Source: Candidatus Undinarchaeota archaeon (lineage in GTDB: Archaea > SpSt-1190 > JASMDC01). From it: a stretch of 64,000 nucleotides of DNA. The position numbers and the translations under genes are program-made. The notes below the pieces were generated by a model. That model worked only from the letters and a program-made list of their open reading frames with translations. It did not search any database and was not told the DNA's origin. This document shows positions 57,246 through 64,000 of this stretch, one piece after another (positions within the stretch are counted from its first letter, which is position 1; each line of letters starts with the position of its first letter). Location: contig CAZFHY010000001.1 of assembly GCA_964519305.1 (NCBI GenBank), forward strand, positions 346,132 through 410,131. Direction: 5' to 3'.

Positions 57246-57848
57246 TCAGTACGAGCCGTCCCCGCTTTCCTTGAATATCAAGTCGCCGCCCTCTGTCCTG
57301 ATGGTCAGCCTTCCTTCGTGCTCGTTCTGGGCCTTGTGGGCAAAGAGGGATTCTTCGAGCCCGATGACATCGCTGGCCTTCCCTTCTCCGGTTATCTGGG
57401 CGCCGTACACGTCGACGCCTCCGGTCCAGCCCGAGGTCGTCCGGTAGCTGCCTGATGCGACGGAGTACTGCATATCATCCCGTCCGGCCCCGTAGGAGTT
57501 CACTGTCCTCTCGATGGAGTCCAGAGTGTTCTTCCCGAACTCTTTCATCATCAGCTCGTAACTGGCCCCGGTCACCAGCGACGGCTCACTGGTCTTCATT
57601 CCTGAGCCTTTCAGGTAGGATGAGATCTCGTTCGCTTTCTCCTTACTCACAGTGGTGACGATCGTTGCCTTGTTCGTGCCGAACGGGTTCAGAGCGGACT
57701 TCCTGTCGTAATGGGTGAACGATGGCACCACGCTCGTCGATTCGTAGATGCTTCCTATAGCTTTCTCGAGCGTCTCCATGTCCCGGTAAGAGCCCTGGAT
57801 AAGGTACGTCCCTACCCCGCTCCCATCGATTTCAGCACAATAATTCAT
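57246..57848 (-). CDS. Hypothetical protein
   Basis: Natural composition; AT-rich promoter upstream (57860-57900). Confidence 0.65.
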   Translation of the reverse strand: MNYCAEIDGSGVGTYLIQGSYRDMETLEKAIGSIYESTSVVPSFTHYDRKSALNPFGTNKATIVTTVSKEKANEISSYLKGSGMKTSEPSLVTGASYELMMKEFGKNTLDSIERTVNSYGAGRDDMQYSVASGSYRTTSGWTGGVDVYGAQITGEGKASDVIGLEESLFAHKAQNEHEGRLTIRTEGGDLIFKESGDGSY

Positions 57849-57952
57849 CGAACATCACCAGATTTACTACTATATAGTAGTAATATTATTAAAGGAATTA
57901 GAACCCCCTGAGTGGTTGTATTCATTTCCGATGCACGGAGGCGATGTCGTAC

Positions 57953-59557
57953 CTACTTGTTCACGGTCATCATCGCGCTCAACACCAGCCCGGCCAGTAG
58001 CCCGAACACAGCTCCCAGCACAGCAGTGGGGCCGCAGGAGGACGGTGTGGACGTGTCAGATCCGGCGGGCGGGCAGGAGGGGCATGCCGTGGCCTGCGGA
58101 CCGCAGCTCGGTACGGGAGGGCAGGGCGTGGTCTCGGCAGGCACGGTTACGGTAACGGTGACGTTCTTCTCCACTACCTTCTCCACGACCTCGGGGGTCA
58201 CCTCGGGGCAAATCTCCTCGGGGCACGGTGTGCATTGGGGCACGACCGAGGGACCAGGGGTGGCCGTCGGTCCAGTGGTGGCCGACTCTATGCAGTAGGA
58301 CCGCTCCGTGTCGCACGTGTTATACGGCGGGCAGTGAGCGTCCTTGGTGCAGCACACCTGGTCCTCCAGACAGCATACCTGGCTCCTGCAGTTGCCGGAA
58401 AGACAGTCGGCGTTGTTCATGCAGGCGTCGCCTGCGTCCTTTCGGGGTATGGCCACGGACGTGAGGTCGTCAAGACCCCACTGGGAAGTGTGGAGGTCCT
58501 TCTCCAACAAGGCCGAGGCGAGGCCGATCATGAGCTGGGCCTGCTCGATGGCCGTGTCGCACTCCCAAGCATTACCGTCCTCGTAGGAGCCACATGGCTG
58601 GTCTACGTCGGCGAGCTTGTCCATGTAGCCCTTGTATGTCGTGTCGTTGGTTGCCTCGTACAGAGCGGCGTAGGATACGATGAACCAGCCCTGGGTGGCC
58701 GGGTAGTCGCAGTCCCAGTCGTCCGTCCCGGGGCCGCACAGCGAGCTACCCTCGTTCCCGGACGAGACAGCGCGCTCGAGGTATTGGTCCTCACCGGTGA
58801 ACCGGTAGTACACGAGATTGTCCGCGAGGAGCTTACCGAGCCCCTCCTGCTCGCGCACCACGTCGAAGAAAAGGTCCTTGTACCGGTCGTCCCGTGAGAG
58901 GTGGTAGGCACGGATGAGGCCTGTCGTGCAGGGGTGGAGCGAGCCCTGGAACTGCACACCGTTGCAGTTATCGGCCAGCTTCTTCACAGCGTCCAGGTGG
59001 TCCTCCTCGCCGGAGTCCTCGTAGAGGCGTGCGTACGCGAGGATCATGAGGTTCTGTGAGCTGACGTCACCACACTCCCAGTCCGAGCTGCCGATGTCGA
59101 AGCTCGCGTCGGGACCGCACTCGGGCGTGGCAGTGTTCGCCAGCAGTAGGGCCCGGGAGTAGTACAGCGGCTCACCCGTGTACTCGAAGGCTGACAGCAG
59201 AGCGAGGATGAGCGTCGCTTGGTCCTTTGCCGTGCCGCAGTCGTAATCGCCCGCGTTGTCGCAGGCGCACGCGGCGCACCCGGCAGCGCCGGATATCTGG
59301 GCGTTGGCAAGGTTCTTGGCGCGGTTCTTGTACATGATCTCGCCAGTGGCCTTGTACATGGCAGCGTAGGCCATGATCATCTTACCCTGGGCCTCGGCGG
59401 TGGTGCAATCCCAGTCAGTCTCAGGACCGCACTCCTTGGAACCATTGATGGTCAGATTGGTCAGGAACTCGGTGGTGTCCAGAGATACCGCCGGGAGCAT
59501 CGTGGCGAACACCACGAGGAACATGAATAGCGATAGCCGTATGCGGGAGGGGGCCAT
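57953..59557 (-). CDS. Secreted, C-terminally anchored protein with Cys-looped helical repeats
   Basis: Signal peptide; five C..[WY][DE]C.....Q repeats; Cys-rich module; P/T stalk; C-terminal TM helix. Confidence 0.75.
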   Translation of the reverse strand: MAPSRIRLSLFMFLVVFATMLPAVSLDTTEFLTNLTINGSKECGPETDWDCTTAEAQGKMIMAYAAMYKATGEIMYKNRAKNLANAQISGAAGCAACACDNAGDYDCGTAKDQATLILALLSAFEYTGEPLYYSRALLLANTATPECGPDASFDIGSSDWECGDVSSQNLMILAYARLYEDSGEEDHLDAVKKLADNCNGVQFQGSLHPCTTGLIRAYHLSRDDRYKDLFFDVVREQEGLGKLLADNLVYYRFTGEDQYLERAVSSGNEGSSLCGPGTDDWDCDYPATQGWFIVSYAALYEATNDTTYKGYMDKLADVDQPCGSYEDGNAWECDTAIEQAQLMIGLASALLEKDLHTSQWGLDDLTSVAIPRKDAGDACMNNADCLSGNCRSQVCCLEDQVCCTKDAHCPPYNTCDTERSYCIESATTGPTATPGPSVVPQCTPCPEEICPEVTPEVVEKVVEKNVTVTVTVPAETTPCPPVPSCGPQATACPSCPPAGSDTSTPSSCGPTAVLGAVFGLLAGLVLSAMMTVNK

Positions 59558-59631
59558 GGGACGCGAGGACCCGCCATCATTTATTAAGATAGTCGTGGGC
59601 CGGCGGACGCTCTCACACGCCCGGACCAGGT

Positions 59632-59767
59632 GAAACCGTACTAGCGAGTCCGATGGTTCCACCGATAAGGCCCATGGTTTCACGAAATCACACCATGGTT
59701 TCGGCTTTCCGTACAACGGTTTCAGCAACTTGGTTATATGGTTTCAACCTACGGTCCTTATGGTCGT
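59632..59767 (+). promoter_or_regulatory. Phased direct-repeat operator array overlapping a TATA box
   Basis: A(T/C)GGTT(T/C)C at 59653, 59674, 59695, 59716 and 59738; inverted copy at 59632. Confidence 0.7.
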
Positions 59768-59798
59768 CCCCCCGGGGGTCGACCAGGATGTGATACCG

Positions 59799-60311
59799 AT
59801 GAAGACGACAACTATCATGGTGCTCGCGGCCCTCGTCGCGACAGGGCTGCTCCTGTCCGCGGGTGTTGTGGGCGCAACGGACGTACCATCCCCCGGCTAC
59901 GGCCCTTTTCATAGTGATGAGCGACACGAGCTGATGGAGAAGGCGTTCGAAGAGAACGACTATGAAGAATGGAAGGCCCTCATGACCGAGAACGGACGCC
60001 GCCCCCGGGTGGTGGACGTGGTCACCGAGGAGAGCTTCCAGAAGTTCGCCGAGGCCCATGAGGCCATGGAGTCCGGCGACCTCGACCTTGCCGCTACCAT
60101 CCGCGCCGAGCTCGGGCTCGGCCAGGGACGCGGTCGGGGCGGGCCCGGTCGGGGTGTCGGGATGCGCGGCGCCGGTTTCGTGGACGCGGACGGCGACGGC
60201 CAGTGCGATAATCTCGCTGCAGGTGGTTGCGGTGGCTGCGGACGAGGCCGTGGCGGCGGTCAGGGACGCGGGATGGGCCGCGGGTGGCGCTTCCAACAGG
60301 AGGTACAATAG
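59799..60311 (+). CDS. Secreted protein with Gly/Arg-rich tail and DxDxDG motif
   Basis: Signal peptide MKTTTIMVLAAL; FVDADGDGQCD; GRG repeats. Confidence 0.7.
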   Translation: MKTTTIMVLAALVATGLLLSAGVVGATDVPSPGYGPFHSDERHELMEKAFEENDYEEWKALMTENGRRPRVVDVVTEESFQKFAEAHEAMESGDLDLAATIRAELGLGQGRGRGGPGRGVGMRGAGFVDADGDGQCDNLAAGGCGGCGRGRGGGQGRGMGRGWRFQQEVQ

Positions 60312-60328
60312 TAATGTCCATCGTCCGG

Positions 60329-60360
60329 GGAGGCGGGGGCCCGAGAGGACCCCCGCCCTC
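60329..60360 (+). other. Intergenic GC hairpin
   Basis: GGCGGGGG...CCCCCGCC stem between co-oriented genes. Confidence 0.4.
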
Positions 60361-60380
60361 CAGAGGACGGAAGTAACGAT

Positions 60381-60599
60381 GTGATCATCATGTATTTCGG
60401 CTATGGTTACGGTATGTACGTGATGGGATTCAACGTCCTTTTCTTCGTCGTGACGCTAGGTCTCATCATATGGGTGTTCCGGGACCACGAGCGGACGCGA
60501 TCGGTGTCCTCGTCCCCCGAGGACATCCTGAAGCGACGTCTCGCCTGGGGCGAGATCGACGAGGAGGAGTACAAGAGGTTGCTCAAGGTCATCAGGTGA
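60381..60599 (+). CDS. SHOCT domain membrane protein
   Basis: TM helix + ILKRRLAWGEIDEEEY. Confidence 0.85.
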   Translation: MIIMYFGYGYGMYVMGFNVLFFVVTLGLIIWVFRDHERTRSVSSSPEDILKRRLAWGEIDEEEYKRLLKVIR

Positions 60600-60644
60600 A
60601 CTGCGACCTGATCATACTATACGAGAGACTATGGACGTGATACG

Positions 60645-61853
60645 ATGGACAAGGACAAGCGAGAGGATAACGAAGAGAAACAAGTGAAAAGAAAGGGATC
60701 AGGCATCCCGCTCAGGACCATCATACAGCTTCTAGCGCTGGTGCTCGTCACCTACCTCGCCTGGCAGCACCAGGCACTGGGCATCGAGAAGGCAGCGCCG
60801 ATCGACGGTTATTGCCCCTTCGGTGGTGTAGAGAACTTCCTGACGCTGCTCGCCACCGGCGAGTTCATCAAGCGCATCTACTGGGCGTCCATCTCCCTGA
60901 TGGTCATCACGGCCATCATGATTGTGGTGTTCGGGCGCGCGTTCTGTGGCTATATCTGCCCCCTGGGGACGCTGCAGGAATGGATACGCGCCCTAGGTCG
61001 CAGGCTGGGGATAAAGAAGGACTACGAGCTTCCCGTCGAGGTCGACCGTTACGCACGCAACGTCAAGTACGTCATACTGGTCGTAGTGCTCTACCTGACC
61101 TTCACCACGGGCGAACTGGTGTTCCGCGATTATGACCCGTACGTGTCGCTGATGCACTTCGGCGAGGAGTTCGAGGAGAAGATCCTGGGCTACTCCGTGC
61201 TCGGCCTGGTGCTGGTCGCCGCGCTGTTCGTCAAGAACGCATGGTGCCGGTATCTCTGCCCACTGGGCGCGTTCTACGCGGTGCTCAGTAAGCTGAAGGT
61301 GTTTAGTATCGAGCGCGACGCGGACACGTGCACCGACTGTGGGGCGTGCGACAAGGCCTGTATCGCTGGCCTCGATGTACAGCACAGCGACAGTGTCACT
61401 GACGTGGACTGCACCAGCTGCATGAAGTGCGTGGAGAGCTGCCCGGTCAAGGCACTGAGACCCGAGGTTAACCATAAGGAGGTCACCTCGACCACCACGT
61501 TCGCTGCGGCCGTAGGCGGTAGTTTCGCCGTGCTCGTCCTCATCGCCATGGTGACGGGCTCGTTCCAGGCCATGCCTGCGTCGAACATAATGGCGGAGGG
61601 TGGTTCCATCGATGTGGCCAACATCCGCGGGAGCAACACGCTGGAGTACGTGATCGCGACGACCGGTGTCCCGCTAGAGGTGTTCATGCGCGATCTCAAG
61701 CTCCCCCTGGACGTCGATACGAGCATGAAGCTGAAGTCCATAGGCCCGACCTACGACCTCAAGGACGCTCAGGGCAACGTCATCGCGACATACCACTTCC
61801 GCGAGGTCATCGCAAGGGAGCTGGGCATCGAGTACACGAGCGAGGGGCATTAG
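60645..61853 (+). CDS. Membrane 4Fe-4S binding protein (NapH/YccM-like)
   Basis: CPFGG, GRAFCGYICPLG and WCRYLCPLG motifs; two CxxCxxC ferredoxin motifs. Confidence 0.88.
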   Translation: MDKDKREDNEEKQVKRKGSGIPLRTIIQLLALVLVTYLAWQHQALGIEKAAPIDGYCPFGGVENFLTLLATGEFIKRIYWASISLMVITAIMIVVFGRAFCGYICPLGTLQEWIRALGRRLGIKKDYELPVEVDRYARNVKYVILVVVLYLTFTTGELVFRDYDPYVSLMHFGEEFEEKILGYSVLGLVLVAALFVKNAWCRYLCPLGAFYAVLSKLKVFSIERDADTCTDCGACDKACIAGLDVQHSDSVTDVDCTSCMKCVESCPVKALRPEVNHKEVTSTTTFAAAVGGSFAVLVLIAMVTGSFQAMPASNIMAEGGSIDVANIRGSNTLEYVIATTGVPLEVFMRDLKLPLDVDTSMKLKSIGPTYDLKDAQGNVIATYHFREVIARELGIEYTSEGH

Positions 61854-61925
61854 CCCCAGGAACGGCCGGACCGGTCCGTCGGTCCGGTCCCAACCCTTAA
61901 AACATCTACCCGCGTACAGCGGTCC

Positions 61926-63965
61926 ATGCTCCCGATAAAGAAGGTCGTCCTGTACAAGCACGGCGTGGGCTACTTCGAGCGTGCCGGTAAGGTCAAGGGC
62001 TCGCAGCAGCTCTCGTTCACGTTCCGCCAGTCAGAGATCAACGACGTTCTCAAGTCGTTCACCTTCATGGACGCCGGGAAGGGTGCCGTAACCAGCATCT
62101 CCTACGACGCCTTCAAGCCCGTGGCCAAGGCACTGGAGGACGTCTCGTTCCGACTCGACGGCGACGAGAACCTCACCGAACTGGTGGGCCAGCTCAAGGG
62201 CGCAGAGGTGGAGGTGTCCACCGGTGGCAAGACCATCAAGGCCACCGTGACAGGGATCCAGACACGCACCATCGTGGAGAACGACAGGGAGCACGAGCAG
62301 CGCCAGCTGGTGCTGCTGGACGACGCGGGCAAGGTCAGGACCATCCCTTTGGAAGAAATCGCCTGGTTGCGGCCTACCGACGAGACGCTGGCCCGGGAGC
62401 TTCGGTTCTATCTGGATACGGTGTTCGCCGCCACCCGACGCGACAAGAAGACCGTCACGGTGTACACCAAGGGCAAGGACTCGCGTGACGTGGCCTGCGC
62501 CTACGTCGTGGAGTGCCCGGTATGGAAGACATCTTACCGGCTCCTGGTGGATGACAAAGGAAAGCTCACACTGCAGGGCTGGGCCATCGTGGACAACGTC
62601 ATGGACGACGACTGGAAGGACGTGGAGCTGTCGCTGGTCGCCGGCCTGCCGGTGTCCTTCCGCAACGACCTCTACTCGCCCCGGTACGCCTTCCGCCCCG
62701 AGATCGCCGTGAAGCTTGACATGGGCGTTCGGCCGGTGGACATCGAGGACGCCATGGAGGACGACGAGGAGTACGAGGAAGCGGGGGTGCCCTCCGAGAT
62801 CATGATGGAGAAGTGCGCGGACATGGAGATGCCCATGGCCAAGAAGGCATTGGCGTCCACCATGATGATGCGCTCACGAGCGCCTCCGGCACCATCCCGG
62901 GCCGCGATGGCCAAGGAGAGCTTCAAGGCCTCGGCCGTGGGTCGCGACATGGGCGAGGTGTTCGCCTACGACGTGGCCGAGCCGGTGACGGTGCTGCGCA
63001 ACCAGTCGGCCCTGGTCCCCATCCTCCAGCAGGGAGTGTCCGGAAAGAAGATCCTGGTCTACAATGAGACAGGGCGCGCAGACAATCCCATGGCATGCCT
63101 CAAGGTTACCAACGACACCGGGCTAGCCCTCGAGGAGGGGCCGGCCACGGTGCTCGACCAGGGTACCTACGTGGGCGAGACCATGCTCCCGTTCCTCAAG
63201 AAGGACGGCGACCGCACCCTGTCCTACGCCGTCGAGCTGCGGGTGAAGGTCACTAAAGAAGAACGGCACGTCGGCGAGTCCATCCAGGAGGTCCATGTAG
63301 AGAACGGAGCGCTCGTAGGCCTCAGCTACCGGAAGAAGGAGACCATCTACTACGTCAAGGGCGCGGTGGACAAGGAGGTCCCGCTGTTCATCGAGCACCC
63401 CAAGGAGACCGGCTACGATGTCATCAGCGAGGTGCAGCCTACCGAGGAGACCGAAAACTTCCGCAGGTTCAAGCTCCCCGTCAAGCCCAAGACCAAGGCC
63501 ATCAAGCTCATCATCCTGGAACGCAAGCTCGAGCGGACCCGCATCTACGTGCGCAACATGTCCACGAAGGACGTGAAGTGGTACTACGATAACAGTCTCA
63601 TCACCCAGACCGTGGCCGACGAAATCAGGGCCATCCTCGAGCTCTACCGGGACATCGCAAGGCTCGACGAGGAGCGGAAGAAGCTCGACGTGGAGCGAAA
63701 GCGGATCTTCGATCACCAGACACGTTACAAGGAGAACCTCACCTCCCTGGGCACGTCGTCCGGAGAGAACGAAGTGCGACAGATGTACGTGAGCAAGCTC
63801 AAGGTCCAGGAGACGCGTATCGAGGAGATCGAGGCGCGGTTCGAGGCGCTGGAGAAGGATAAACAGAAGATACAAGCCACCATCAACGAGCGGAGCGCGG
63901 GACTGGTCCCCCTGTCACGGAAGGACGCGGGCGCGCTGGCAAAGCTCAGGCGTCTTGTTGCGTAG
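61926..63965 (+). CDS. DUF4139-like protein with C-terminal coiled coil
   Basis: VVLYKHGVGYFER, WKTSYRL, LQGWAIVDN...DW..VELSL and SALVP motifs. Confidence 0.8.
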   Translation: MLPIKKVVLYKHGVGYFERAGKVKGSQQLSFTFRQSEINDVLKSFTFMDAGKGAVTSISYDAFKPVAKALEDVSFRLDGDENLTELVGQLKGAEVEVSTGGKTIKATVTGIQTRTIVENDREHEQRQLVLLDDAGKVRTIPLEEIAWLRPTDETLARELRFYLDTVFAATRRDKKTVTVYTKGKDSRDVACAYVVECPVWKTSYRLLVDDKGKLTLQGWAIVDNVMDDDWKDVELSLVAGLPVSFRNDLYSPRYAFRPEIAVKLDMGVRPVDIEDAMEDDEEYEEAGVPSEIMMEKCADMEMPMAKKALASTMMMRSRAPPAPSRAAMAKESFKASAVGRDMGEVFAYDVAEPVTVLRNQSALVPILQQGVSGKKILVYNETGRADNPMACLKVTNDTGLALEEGPATVLDQGTYVGETMLPFLKKDGDRTLSYAVELRVKVTKEERHVGESIQEVHVENGALVGLSYRKKETIYYVKGAVDKEVPLFIEHPKETGYDVISEVQPTEETENFRRFKLPVKPKTKAIKLIILERKLERTRIYVRNMSTKDVKWYYDNSLITQTVADEIRAILELYRDIARLDEERKKLDVERKRIFDHQTRYKENLTSLGTSSGENEVRQMYVSKLKVQETRIEEIEARFEALEKDKQKIQATINERSAGLVPLSRKDAGALAKLRRLVA

Positions 63966-64000
63966 GCGGGACGGGCCCAGATCCGCTCGCGGCGGACCGC

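Noticed and set aside
3586-63875. Numerous long antisense and alternate-frame ORFs (e.g. 10385..11698, 25931..27058, 34169..35488)
   Set aside because: They are shadow ORFs of high-GC coding genes and have no motifs of their own.

Overview
GC-rich chromosomal window from an archaeon. Evidence for this includes BRE/TATA promoters of the AAGG-T(A/T)TA(A/T)A type, TFS, the PolB2 module, Trm11/TrmG10, PAC2 and DUF63; the lineage cannot be assigned from sequence alone. It has about 58 CDS, including mutS-mutL, a divergent pyruvate kinase, a 2496-aa alpha-2-macroglobulin without a thioester motif, a glycan-modification cluster, two subtilases, a RadA-like/arCOG07300/PolB2 operon, an ABC exporter with a PrsW-like fusion, a trm11-rnz-PAC2 operon, tldD, pfpI and many secreted or Cys-rich unknowns. 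I saw no rRNA, tRNA, CRISPR array or transposase. The strongest signals are non-coding. (1) An ~800-nt minus-strand array of five ~150-nt units lies between tfs and mutS; its hairpins keep pairing and GNRA/UUCG tetraloops despite sequence divergence. (2) Three tandem ~110-nt small-RNA-like genes lie directly downstream of polB2, each with its own TATA box, a compensated stem scaffold, an invariant 14-nt motif and a variable loop. (3) A 21-bp-phased operator-like repeat array lies at ~59.63-59.77 kb. All family calls come from motif recognition, not database searches.
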